Shown here: in pieces, positions 13,263-26,500 of the stretch | Numbering within the stretch: the stretch's first letter is position 1 | Layout of the letters: every line of letters starts with the position of its first letter | From: Trichoplax adhaerens | Lineage: Eukaryota > Animalia > Placozoa | Length of the DNA stretch: 64,000 nucleotides | Assembly (NCBI RefSeq): GCF_000150275.1 | Contig: NW_002060944.1 | Coordinates: forward strand, 9,217,268-9,281,267 | Reading direction: 5' to 3' | Translations under genes and position numbers: made by a program | The notes under the pieces: generated by a model | Database searches by the model: none | What the model saw: only the letters and a program-made list of their open reading frames with translations | Told to the model about the DNA's origin: nothing

Positions 13263-13524
13263 ATCGGCAATCCGATCAAAGCCGCGACGTCCAGTTGTTC
13301 CTTTTCTCATTGGCAATTTCAGGCGGCGATTTATTCTTTTGCTACATCATCTCGATCCTATCGCCAAAGGATACTACGCCTTCAATTAATAACAAATCAT
13401 ATTGATATTATTAGGGTATTAGTGCAGCAGAGATTCTCACTTTGGAAAGGGCATTCACTGCCGTCTGGGCCTGTAGAATATTGATCCAGTGATACTTACT
13501 GTACAGTACAATAAATCATCGACA

Positions 13525-14937
13525 ATGGCTGATAATTATCAATTCGATAGCAGTTTAAAGAATTCTCTTCAAGAGGAAGATCCTGAAATCTATCACTTAA
13601 TCTGCAAAGAGAAAAAACGCCAAAGGCTTGGTTTAGAATTGATTGCGTCAGAAAATTACGCTAGTCGAGCGACATTACAAGCATTGGGATCGTGTCTCAA
13701 TAATAAATATTCTGAAGGCTATCCTGGGGCTCGTTATTATAGTGGCACACAAGTCGTCGATGACATTGAGTTGTTATGCCAACGTCGAGCTCTTGAATTA
13801 TTTGGATTAGATCGTGAACAGTGGGGCGTTAATGTACAACCTTATTCTGGCTCACCGGCTAATTTTGCTGTTTATACCGCATTATTACAACCTCATGATC
13901 GAATCATGGGCTTAGATTTACCCGATGGTGGCCATTTAACCCATGGCTACATGAACGATACTAAGCGTATTTCAGCTTCGTCCATTTATTTCGAGTCCAT
14001 GCCATACAAGATCAATCCTACCACAGGTTTAATCGATTACGATCAATTGGAAGCCAATGCAAAATTATTTAGGCCTAAATTAATTATTGCTGGGATTAGT
14101 AGTTATTGTCGCCATCTCGATTATGCCCGTATACGACAAATTGCTGACCAACAAAAGGCATACGTTCTATCGGATATGGCCCATGTCAGTGGCCTTGTTG
14201 CCGCCAAACTTGCCCCTACTCCTTTCCAATATTCTGATGTGGTTACAACCACCACACATAAGACACTACGTGGACCCCGTTCTGCATTGATTTTCTACCG
14301 TAAAGGAATACGCCATCATGATCAATCTGGCCAGCCGATCTATTACGATTTGCAAGATAAAATCAATTTTGCTGTCTTTCCAGCATTACAAGGTGGGCCA
14401 CATAATCATGCCATTGCCGCTGTCGCTGTCGCTTTAAAAGAAGCTCAATCGGATAAATTTATACAATATCAAAAACAAGTGTTAAGTAATTGTCAAACAT
14501 TATCCGATGGTTTAATCGCACTTGGCTATACATTAGTCACCGGTGGTAGTGACAATCATTTAATTTTACTCGATTTAAGACCACAAAAATTAAATGGTGC
14601 CCGTGCTGTTGAAGTATTTGAAAGAGTCCACATTAGTGCTAACAAGAACACCTGCCCTGGCGATAAAAATGCCTTAATACCCAGTGGTATTCGTTTTGGA
14701 ACTCCAGCTTTAACCAGTCGTGGATTGAGTTGTCAGGATATGGTGAAAATAGTACAATTTATCCATCGTGCTTTGCAAATTGCAATTGATGCCACTAGTA
14801 CTGTTGCGGGGAAATCCATTAAAGACTATAAAGCTACCCTTGATCAGGAAGAGTATCAAGCAAAGATACAACAACTAGCAGAAGAAGTACTCGAGTTTTC
14901 TAGCCAATTCCCAACACCTGGTTCTGATGTCATATAA
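13525..14937 (+). CDS. SHMT1: Serine hydroxymethyltransferase, eukaryotic cytosolic type, single coding exon (470 aa)
   Basis: [51 protein letters not shown]-lysine motif [12 protein letters not shown] and [12 protein letters not shown] are all present. First ATG is at 13525 (acaATGg). No mitochondrial presequence. Confidence 0.98.
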   Translation: MADNYQFDSSLKNSLQEEDPEIYHLICKEKKRQRLGLELIASENYASRATLQALGSCLNNKYSEGYPGARYYSGTQVVDDIELLCQRRALELFGLDREQWGVNVQPYSGSPANFAVYTALLQPHDRIMGLDLPDGGHLTHGYMNDTKRISASSIYFESMPYKINPTTGLIDYDQLEANAKLFRPKLIIAGISSYCRHLDYARIRQIADQQKAYVLSDMAHVSGLVAAKLAPTPFQYSDVVTTTTHKTLRGPRSALIFYRKGIRHHDQSGQPIYYDLQDKINFAVFPALQGGPHNHAIAAVAVALKEAQSDKFIQYQKQVLSNCQTLSDGLIALGYTLVTGGSDNHLILLDLRPQKLNGARAVEVFERVHISANKNTCPGDKNALIPSGIRFGTPALTSRGLSCQDMVKIVQFIHRALQIAIDATSTVAGKSIKDYKATLDQEEYQAKIQQLAEEVLEFSSQFPTPGSDVI

Positions 14938-15536
14938 CACGTATTGTCGGACTTTCATTTGAATCGTCGTTCTAGGACACAGGAGTCTGAAAACTGGTTG
15001 AAAAATATCAGCCTCCAAAGTCATATAGATAATGTTGCGCGCATTCTTTTCTAGCGTGCATATGTCAATAGTACATCGTTTAGTTTCTAATGATGTTCAT
15101 TCATACCATGCTTTCATGTTCTTATTGATAAATAAGCAATCAATATTGGTCAATCTATTGATAGATGAAATTGCCCTCAAGCTGTATACTCGTAGGCCAT
15201 CAAAGTGTATTTAAATTCTTAATTATATTATTATTATTTTTATTGTTGAAATACTTAGTAGCATGGTAAGAAATACATAAAATAAAATTTTGCTTTTGCA
15301 CTCAGTGCCAATAAAACAATTTTGAGTATAATTTCTTGATTTTACTAGTCGAATTACATATTGGGGTATTGCCAATCTTATACAGACGAAAATGATGCAG
15401 TACAATTTCAAATAAAAATCAATCTTATCCACTGATACAATACAACAGGCTACGGCATAAACAGTTATGAAATTCTCCCCCAGCTTTAGTATATGATATC
15501 TGCGGTAAATTATTTAGTAATTGGTCCTGGTAATGT

Positions 15537-17747
15537 TTAGCTAACGACCGGAATTTCCATATCGTCAAACGAATAAAATGTAATGTCGCCATTCTCATTT
15601 AGAGCCCATTTTAGCGGTACAGCTTCACAGAGATTAATTAATTTGGCTATGCAACTACTATCAGGGAATGGGTCATCGTACCTGAAATGCGTACATCTAT
15701 TTTTCAATAATGAGTCTTAAATTTGTTTATGGGACACAGATTGCAAAATTTTACCTAGAAACTTTGACTGCGATATTTGGGAGGCCAAAGTTTACTTTCT
15801 TAAAATTGGCATTTGGCAAATATACATCGAAATCGATGGTGTCTTCCATCTTGGACCTACATTGAGTAAATAGATAATAGCAAAGTCATACAAAAATAAT
15901 GGGTAAAAGACTATCCTCCATTCAATATTAACAAAGTGGCTTCCGGCTAAAAGTTACCCTGACTTTGTAGTAACTTCTTCCATTTTTGTAGATTTAACAA
16001 CTTGTAACTTGTTTAAGATTTTATCTGCCAGTTCAAAAATAAGTAAAAATGACCAACTTATCCTTTATTGAACAGCACTTTTCACATCATGCTCTCAAGA
16101 AATTGAACGACTTAAGAATGTCTTTCATACCTGTTGTTTCTGCATCCATAGGAGTAACTAATGGGATTGGATAATCTTCTGTCACATCATGATCGGGTTG
16201 TAATTTTGATTTAGTTTCTTTATTCACTTTGAACCTATGATGCAAAAATGCAAAAATTTCTTGATGCAAATCATCCTTAAAAAAAAGGATATCATCATCT
16301 CTTGCTATATATCTAACCTAGCAGGTAGATGTCGTTTGACGATAAATCCTAGGCGTAGTAGGTGGCAATAAACCTATAAGAGATGCAAATGATAATATGC
16401 ATAGAGTCAAATTGAGAATCTTTGCCACATAGCGATCTTAAAATATATACTAACATCTGATACTTAAAGCGAAATAATATGGCTGACGGTAAACGCTGGA
16501 ATAGCATATTTAATCTGACATTTATACTCTACAAAATTTGACAATATAAGGTTCTTGATAGGAGCTATGAATCGAGTAGTCCTACTATCATTAAAATAAG
16601 TGTTATCGCAATTACATAAAAAGCAAAGCCATCGTACCTGATACTTATAAATTGGAAAGGTCTTTGATAAAATTATGCTATAAGCTTCCTGTAGTGATAA
16701 TGGCAATCCCTTATAGTATAACTCCAGAGCTCCCTTAAACATCGATATAATCAAAATTGGTACAGAGACATTCATTAAATTACAAGATCTACGTCATACA
16801 AGTATGAGAATTGCAGTCAATGTTTCTACTACTTGGCTCCTGCATAAATCGATTGTAATCTAGTTTTGGGTTATTAGGTTATTAATGACAGTCTTTACAA
16901 TTTCTATGAGATAAACGGCTTCCTCCGGCTGCAAAATTTCAATCTCTCCTTTCGGAAACCCAAAATAATTCCAATGACTTCCCTGAACAAGTAGAAAACG
17001 CAAAAATCATTCTAAATGGCAAGTAATACAATGCGGGATAAAGCAAATTTGAACCTTCTTGTAATGGATCTCAGCCACCAATGTCTGATCATTCCATTCT
17101 CCTCGTGATAAGTGAGACCTATTAACATACGTAAGACAACACTTATACCTTTTTGGCAGTAATTCAATCCATGACTACTTAGTCTTTATACTCACAATAC
17201 TAATGACGTAACGGTATCTCAATATTGACCAAACTATACGACTTACAACTTCGCAAGTCTCTCTTCAGTTAAAATGTCTTCTATTTGATCTTGTTTCTTT
17301 TCTATTAATTTCTTTTCACGTTGACTTCCTGTAGCTTCCATTCGTTTCTTACCTCTGACAGGTAGTCTATTGGAGTCTAGACGTCGTTTAGCTCCTAATT
17401 TCAACAATTCGTCCGGTCTAGAACATTGTAAATAGAGTGCGTTTATTCAGAGAAATAATTTGTCTTTTTGCACCTTTTTGAGGCAGAGTTGTAGCTTAAA
17501 GTACTGTAATACAACCAAATTTATATTTTCGTTCTAATTTAAAGTAGAATAGAACAACTCTACAAGATGTCCACAAATGCCCATATTCTACAATTGATGA
17601 TACTGCATGGCAGCATGGAATCAAAGCATACAGCAATAATGCGACGAATGGTGTCAATGTGTCTTATGCAGATCTAAAATAAAATGCTGCGAAATAATAA
17701 CTTCTGATTGTATTCGGTTTAACTTACGTTTTGAAATGGGGATGCAT
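15537..17747 (-). CDS. TSEN54: tRNA-splicing endonuclease subunit Sen54 (multi-exon; start uncertain)
   Basis: Exons encode GSHWNYFGFPKGEIEILQPEEAVYLIEI/GALELYYKGLPLSLQEAYSIILSKTFPIYKYQ/VYCHLLRLGFIVKRH and the C-terminal IDFDVYLPNANFKK...YDDPFPD...VPLKWALNENGDITFYSF, matching the Sen54 N- and C-terminal motifs. Confidence 0.88.
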
Positions 17748-19041
17748 AACCAAGACTTTTATTTCTTATGTGATCTTGTAGATACGAATTCTAAAATCTG
17801 ATCAGTATGAGATAGATTAAATAAGAAATGGTGACGAGTTTATCTATCCAATTGCAATAGAATGTCTGAATTGTAGTAAAGCAACAATGTTGCAATACGA
17901 AACTGTCTTGGTAAAGTCAAATGCTGTTTAATGATAATCTTACAGGTTGCATGTCAATTTTAATTTTAGGACTCTCATCCTAAGGTCTGTAGACGATACT
18001 ACGAGATACAAGCATTGAAAAATTGCAGAGGCTATCATAATATCGCAATAAAGGAGACGATAGCAACCGATGGATATTCCATGTTTCTATATACTCTTGA
18101 TGATGCCAAGGTTAACGATTACTATCTGGAACATAATGCAAACTACTGTACTCAGTTCTTTCTTCTTTGCATACAGTTGAACTATAGACTCTATTGAATT
18201 TTGGTTAGTTATAGGATTCTCTACACTTGAACGGCATTACAGGTTCTATTCACAAGTTAACTTGGCTATTCTATCGATCAGAATGGCAAGGTTTCCCGTA
18301 AGTACTGTGTTGTACATGCATGATTAATTTCATTGCAAGATCATTCGCATGATACGAGTACCTCCAGTTGAATTTCACATCACGGCGAATGAATAGATTA
18401 GGCTCTATACTGATGATATATTACCATTAATTTATTCTACTGCCATCCATAGCTAGATCAGTATGCTTATAAGGCCTACAAGTTGAACATTTTAGGAATC
18501 ATCAATCTCCATCTTGGCATCTTTTTAATCACTGAACTGTCCTAATGCTAAAAGAGCTAATTCATTCTCCATCTCTATCGAAAATGCAGCATTACAATCA
18601 GTATTTCTATTCCATTACCGTGAAATTGAGCAAGTCAAATTGGTTCTGCAAAGTCAGAATTACCAATAGATGATATCAATTCTTATGAATACGTTAATAT
18701 AACAGGAATAGTGGAGAAAAAGCCTAAAAACCTCCAAAGGATGTCCAACTTCAGCGTTGACTAGGCATCGGTTTGCAGGCCGTATGAGCAACAACGCTTG
18801 CTATTGATAGCAACAGCCATCTATGCTCTATAAAGTGCTCATTGATACAGTAGCGTATGATACACTACCCTATTGCTGGTGGCTCCCGACAGAGCACTGT
18901 ATCTCCAATACATCCAGTAACTTATGAGCGCATACATGATATCCAAGCCTATAATAATCAATATACTGAAATAACTTATCGCTCTATTAGACGTCTTGAT
19001 CTGCTGGCAGCTAAGAGAGAACATCCAATATGTCCATGGAA

Positions 19042-19085
19042 CTGGAGATGGCAGTCTTGCCGCCATCTCCAGATCTTACTCTAGT
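19042..19085 (+). mobile_element. Possible Helitron 3' terminus (GC-rich hairpin followed by CTAG|T)
   Basis: Perfect 11-bp stem ctggagatggc/gccatctccag (19042-19072), then 8 nt, then ctag at 19081-19084 followed by t. Confidence 0.3.
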
Positions 19086-19188
19086 ATAGGCTTCCATTGA
19101 ATCCATTAGATGATTTAGTAATCAAAAGCGATAGCTAATCTCTCCTCTGGCATAGTGGATTCATCTATATCGAAAAAGAAATGAGATT

Positions 19189-19793
19189 ATCGACTGCCTA
19201 AGAGTTAGAAAGTATCCTCTGTGAGGACGGTATAGGATCGCAATGGAATGTCCAGTCAATCATTATTCCTCTCCAATCATTCAGTTCGAGAAGTTATTTT
19301 GATGAAGTAGCATCCATTAAACTCAAATCCATTATACCGTACTCACAGGAAAAATCCAATGTTAGCATGACTAATTAGAGTTTATTATAGTTGATGATCG
19401 ACTGCCTAAGAGGTAGAAAGCATCCTCTGTGAGGAAGGTATAGGATCGCAATGGAATGTCCAGTCAATCATTATTCCTCTCCAATCATTCAGTTCGAGAA
19501 GCTATTTTGATGAAGTAGCATCCATTAAACTCAAATCCATTCTACTCACAGGAAAAATCCAATGTTAGCATGACTAATTAGAGTTTATTATAGTTGATGA
19601 TCGACTGCCTAAGAGGTAGAAAACATCCTCTGTGAGGACGGTAAAGGATCGCAATGGAATGTCCAGTCAATCATTCAGTTCGAGAAGCTATTTTGATGAA
19701 GTAGCATCCATTAAACTCAAATCCATTATACTCACAGGAAAAATCCAATGTTAGCATGACTGATTAGAGTTTATTATACTTAATGATCGACTA
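19189..19793. repeat. Tandem repeat, 3 copies of 208/203/186 bp
   Basis: atcgact(gcctaagag) starts at 19189, 19397 and 19600, with a partial start at 19786; the copies are nearly identical apart from small indels. Confidence 0.95.
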
Positions 19794-20564
19794 TAAACGA
19801 TAGCTACTATTCATTTTCACTATCGACACTGGAATATATGTTGTGTTAATGAATCAAAACTTCAAGGAATGGTAAATCAAACCTTTGCATTATAAAATAT
19901 CAATCATGAATAAGTCATCCAAAAACGGCTATCCAATATCCATTAACAACTCGTACAATTATTAGAATTAATCCATTTGGTACCCGATTACAGCAATATT
20001 ATCATGAATTAATTAATCACCCACAAGAGATAAACAAATAATCTAAAATTGAAATTGAGAATACATATAAAATTTTCTTCTTACAAATCGTCAATACACA
20101 AGAAAGATAGAAAAATGATGATCGAGATACAAGTCATAACCAAACATTGATATATACAAATAATTTTTTGCCACCTTCATTCTTTCTATACCAACTAAAA
20201 GATTTCTTCTAACAGTAGTAAAACTAAAAATGTATATCGTTGCCCGCACTCAATCATAATAATGAAACGGGTAATAAGCTCTGCCATAGGGACATTTGCT
20301 TGATAAAAATGACAAATATTGCAATGAAATATATATTTTCAGTAGTATTATTAAAAGAATAATGAGACCCTAGATACATATTTTAAAATACAGATATAGC
20401 TACAGTAACAGGGATATAAATTAGCAATACAATCAATGATATTTATAGGGACATTGTCTGACTTTGATACAGTCGATATTGAGGGGAAATTTGTAACCGA
20501 CAAAGTCAGGTAGTCATTTCTTAATTTGGTATTCGTTTGGATATATAAAACCTCTTGATAAATT

Positions 20565-23500
20565 TTAAAAAGAAACTAACAATCCTGGGATATCTATAAT
20601 ACTATTATCAATATAAATACTTATCCCATTGCATAAATAACCAAAGGTATAATATAAAGTATATCACTATAGGACTAAATTCAAATATCGCTAACGGAAC
20701 CTTTCTTGCTTCCAGAGCCATTCGATATGGTAGGAGAAGGAGACTATATATCACATGAAGAGAAGTTAGAGATCGATCTCATTCCATATAGGTAGAAAAT
20801 GAATTTGAATGAATAGATAGAAAGAAATATAATAGCAGTCATGTAGTAAAACAGGATAAAATCGATTCGTTAAGAAGACTTACGATAATTTCAGTCAATC
20901 GACGTGGAATATGCAATCTATATCCACGATATTCGCCAAGAAAACAACCAGCTTTAGGCGAAGCAGCAATCGCTGTTACTGTTTCTCCAACACGAATTAC
21001 TTTCCAAGGTAAATCGTCTATAGTACAGGTTTAAAGAAATGGAAATTAGAGGGATAGCAATTTCGTGATATTACGCATGGAAAATTGAAATTTCTTTCTA
21101 GCGCGAGTGATTTATCGTCATAGCATTTACCATGTCGGAAAGGCTGTCTCATTATTCTTGTTTGAGGAAACTCTATTCTAGAGTTGCCAATAACAGCATA
21201 AGGCCTAGATTGAGGTATACTCGGTGGTGTAGCCTAGAATGACATAATTAAAGAAGAATTTATAAATAGGATACATTGTTGCTAGATGAAACTTAAAAGT
21301 TCCAAAAATATAGTTAGGATTAAAATTTCCTGTTCAAAATAGGCTCTTACCATGGAATAAAATAAAATTTGACTATATACCAATAACGATTTATAAATGC
21401 TATTCTAGGAATAGTGGACACTTACCGCGTTGAAACCATATAATTCACAAGTTTTCTGGATAACATCTTCATCACATATTACCACATTGCCATTCGGTGT
21501 AGTAGGAGAATTTGGTACAGGATGGCGAGTATTATCTCCGTCACTATTAGAAGAACAGCATTGAAATAGTTTCATGATTGATTAAAATTGTCACAAAATG
21601 GGAAGTTATATCCATAATAAGCACCGAATAACTTAAAAATAATATCGAAAGTATTTCATCAATCTACCTAAGTGATGATTGCCTTGTCTTCGATTTCGAA
21701 TTATTAAGAAGACTTCTCCGAGATTTATTTCTCATCTCTTGGCTACTTTTCATCTTCTTATATGCTTTTCTGCAAATGTACATCCTTACTAACGCTTGGA
21801 TAATGACTGTGGCTTGCTCACGTAAGATATTTCTCATGTATTCCAAGTATTGCATTGCATCTTCACTATAAAATGCAATAAATATACAAGTTTAAATTTA
21901 CACCTAAAAATGGCATTGTTGCCAACACCTTTCTTTCTTTTAACGACCTAATAGTGGCGTAATATCATATTTAAAACTGTCCCTTTTTTTTCCCCAAAAG
22001 TATTACTCAAATTTTATTAATTATAGTAATAATGTGGATGTACCTCAGAAAAACGAAGTTATCGCCAACGGCCCAGTTTACATTTTCACTGGATAGCTTT
22101 GATTGATCCAGTCTCTCAAGGAAAATATTTAAAATTGCTTCACATAAATGTCTCGAATTTTCAACACCTCCATCGGGATTATTGGAACAGAAGCATCGAT
22201 AGCTGCGGAAGTAGAACAAGAATATTGTTAATTACGATATCAATTAATAATATCATGTTGCTAATCATCATAGCTGCATTACCGGCTAATGAACGTTAGT
22301 AGTGGCAATTGATATGGCAGACCTGTAATCATGATTAAAGTAACAATGAAATAAGGATGGATAGATCAGGATCCAAGGAGAAAAATCAAAGTATGATGAT
22401 AATACCTGATGTCATTAAATTTAATGTTTCTAGTACTTCCAAAGCACGCAATTGTCGAGCCACAGTGACTCGATCAAATACGTTAGGAACTTCATTGGTA
22501 TTCGTCTAGAAAGTTTATTGATATTTCCGTACGATTAAAATTAAATCATAGCTAAACGTTTGCGTTAAAGACACAAATTGCGAGCTTTCATCATACAAAT
22601 TAGGATTAAATTTTATGTTCGTCCGAAAAGGTAATAACTGATATATTAAGATATATATGAGTTATAGCTAACTATTTATATTAAAGCTAATTTGAGAGCT
22701 TTCATTACAAAATTAGAACTATCCTTTAACATCAGTCTAAAAAGATAATATACGTTTATATACAGAAAATTAAGTAATAGCTAAGTAATCTATTAAGGTT
22801 AGAATTTACCAGTGTTCATCATAAAACTACGACTATATTTTAAGATCAATATCAAGGCAATAGTCAATCTATATGTAAAAGTTGAGTTATACCGGAACAT
22901 TTGTATTTACGTTGAAATTTATTAGCTATCATAGCAAGTTAGAACAAATTTGTCCTAGCTGATAATTAAAATTATGATTAAGGATTACTTACTCTAATAC
23001 ATCTGATAAAGTAAGAATCAGCTTCAGCTGCCATTTTTAATAAATTATCAATCTGCAACTGTTATAAGTAAACCAAAAGATTAATTTAATATCAATGAAA
23101 TACGCATATATTAATATTCGTATAAAGCTGCTCTTAGACTTTTTAGACATCTAAGTCTGTACCTGGAAATCTTGTAGGAAAGTTCTTCGATAATCGGTAG
23201 TATCATTGCTATCAGAAGAACTCGAAGTTATTCTATGTGAATTTGCTGGAAGGCCTCCATTTCCTATATAGTTTGATAGAACAAATTGTGACCAAGGTTA
23301 TCTATTCTCAATGACTTACTGACATAAAGTACGAAAATTGCCAAGATGGCACCAATTCAAGTTATTAAGCAAAATCTTTCCGTACCTCTACTTGATCTTA
23401 GGTCTTGCGAAAACAGATGCGTTAAAAAGTCAAATGAACAATTCTAACACAAAAACAGCACGGAAAGTATAATTATTAACGGCCGCTATATTATATCGTC

Positions 23501-26500
23501 TTCGCTATAACGAGAAGTATCAGTATAAATTGCTTCAGGATATTAATTAAAACCTACTTGTGATCGAAAGATGGAAATAACATCATCACTGATGATATCT
23601 CTGTTGGACGTTATAAGATCAGAGGAATCATATAAAACCTAATATCCATTGATAGATTGAATTAGTACGGTATTGAAGGTAGTTAAAATAATGTATTTTA
23701 CATCAGTAATTTAGAGGCAAGAATAAGGCTAAGGATGAAAATATAACATAGGAACAGTAGCTTACATCACCATGGTGATGTATGATACCAAATTCTGAGT
23801 CCGATTGCTTGGAAAACCTAAAAATATTATCCGAAATATCATCTTTAATCCATTTAAAAATCTTAATGGTTAAGTACTATGTCAGTCTGTCCTTCTAAAA
23901 ATACACGCTTACATTAATTTAAGTTGATTATAGTACTAACCAGCAATTATCGTCATGTTCGGCTTTAATTTTGTTTATGAATGTTTCCGTGTCCCCTCTA
24001 AGAAATAAAATTTGGTTATTATATTAATTTGAGACATAAGTAAATTTTAAATCAGTGTTAATGTTGTGATCAGAATGACCATTGAATATTCAGACTACCT
24101 AGGATTGAGGCATTCCTGATTCAAAATGGACAAGATGCCAATCTATTAATAAATTTATAAGGAAAATGATTTAGTAGAACGATAGGCATATAGGAAAAGA
24201 TAGCGCTAAAAAGAAAGGGCTAAAATAGCGTACTGGGCTTATTAATAATTCAATGCAGGGCGTATTGTTGACGTAGCCGAGGTCAATTTCCATTCCAATA
24301 TCGTTTCTACATCAATTTGAAGAAAGTTATCAAATCGTTGTTGCATTTACTAAAACGATTAGCAATGTCTTCCATCCTACCTGAAGGCATCGGCAGTGCT
24401 TTCAAAAAGATGAGTATTATAAAAGTGTTGAATTGTTTCTGAGCAAAAGTTGATGCAAAGTTGTTCAAGTCTATTGGTCTGTAACCGACAGTAATTGATA
24501 TGCACGAATAATTAGTCTATCAAGGCATTTCGACATTATCTATTTGAAGAGTTATCCCGCTGAATTGCAAAATCCTTACGTTAGTAATTTCAAATCCATA
24601 CATGTCCAAAATTCCTAGTGATCCAGTACAACCTTTCAGAAGATTTGATTGCTTCTTCAGGTCTGTACTCGCTGTTCATGGAATCAATACGAGCTATGTT
24701 AGCTATCCTAGTTAAAACAAGCGAAAATACATCTAGACTTACGAAATCGTTTAAAATGCGAATGTTCATTCGGGTTCTTATTCGACTCTGAAGCATCTTT
24801 GGGCTCTGTAGAGCTAACTGACGAACCAGCGCTGTCCGATGATAATGAAGAAGCATTTTTGGTTTGGGTTGCATGGCCTCGTAGCAGTAAATTAACTCGT
24901 CTTATAATGGCTGACAACATTCTTGCATATAATGTCATAGCCAATGCATTACAGGCTGCTTTTGACTAGTAAATAAAATTAAATTCTCTTATTAGTATCT
25001 TAAGGACTGCAAGAACTTGTAGAATCAGCTAAAGGCCATTTTTCAAGGGAAGAACTACTCAATGTAGATTATACGTACAACTTCTGGCGTATTTAATGAA
25101 CGAACTGGTTGGCCTCGTATAAGTTTAGTTCTTGTAGTTAAACATCGAAATAAAGAAATGCCTGAAACTCCCAAATTTCTCGCGGCTGATTTAACTTCCG
25201 TAGACGACCCTTTTTCACAAAAATGAAAGTGAGAAAATGATATTATTTCATGTTTAGCCAAGGTGTTTATTACCATCGCTTTGAAATGTGATTGTTAAGT
25301 AATCCTTAGTGCTAAGGTAGCATTGGTGGATTGTTATATTATAGTACAGTAATTTACTGTAGGGTTAAAAGTTATTTTTACCATTACTACCAGATGATTT
25401 ATGATCCTTTTCATCTGGGTCAGAAAATTGGACGTTGCCAAGGAGGAGAATAGCAGCTAAGATATGAACCACATCAGTAAACTTTATTCCCAATAATGAC
25501 AAAGCAGCCTAATGGTAGCAATAAAAATATTTTATTATATGATCGTAGAGAATTTATATGATAAAATATTGCATAAAAATAGAAGGAAGAAGTAATTTAA
25601 AGCTGTTATAGGCATAAAGATCAAAATAGGAGTATAAGGGATCACGGTTACCTTCCATTTATTAAAGGCTAATTTATTTGGATTCAACTCCTCAAAATCC
25701 TTCGATGACAAATAAGCTAAATTTCGCGTTGTATAGCCTTGTAAATAAAATTTTACTACAGATAGAAAATTGAAAAGATGGAGAATACTCAAAATGAAAG
25801 CGTTCTTATTATTAACCACTTCATGTAACTTTAAGCAAACTAAAATAGCCAAAAGCATTAATCATTTTCCATTAATTCTTAAATGCTTACCTTTCTCTTC
25901 CTGAGATAATCCTGACAGCAAATGATAAAATATATGATAATTTCCTTCGCCTTTCAAGGTTGCAGTTATGCGTGTCTTCCAAGAGAGATTAAAAAATGAG
26001 TTCAACTTTCATTATATTAAAAAGCGTTGAATAAAATTGATATTGGCGTGTGATATTTTTAGTCAACGTTACAATTTTTAGCCTGGAAAATTGGAATATA
26101 TTCCCTAACCTGATCCAACGAAACATAGGTCAGTTTTCCACTGACAATTAGTCCTTCCGAAAATGCAATTTCAGTAAAGTAGCCCTATGTTACCAGATAG
26201 ACAAATTACAATTTAATAAGGTTAGAAATTGAAATGAAATAAGGATGATAATTGTACTCACAACTCGACTTGAGTCCAAATTTGTATCAACTTTAGCTGT
26301 AGTTAACGGAGCTAAGGCGGTAATTGCCGCTGCAACGTTCTTTTCAAATTATAAAGGAAATAAATGTTTTAGAAAATTAGGAAAATCGAGTATTAAAATT
26401 GCCATCATGACAGTAAATTGCTATCATACTTTGTACATTTCGCTGGATAAACCTCCACCAACGTGCTCGAAAAACATCTTGGTCATTAATCTTGAGGTAA

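Noticed and set aside
13489-13524. N-terminal extension of SHMT in the ORF track
   Set aside because: It starts at GTG. In a eukaryote the first ATG (13525, good context) is the likelier start.
16283-16292. ATATCCTTTT on the minus strand in TSEN54 as a second U12 donor
   Set aside because: It lies inside an ordinary GT-AG intron (~16236-16317), and reaching it would require reading through a stop codon.
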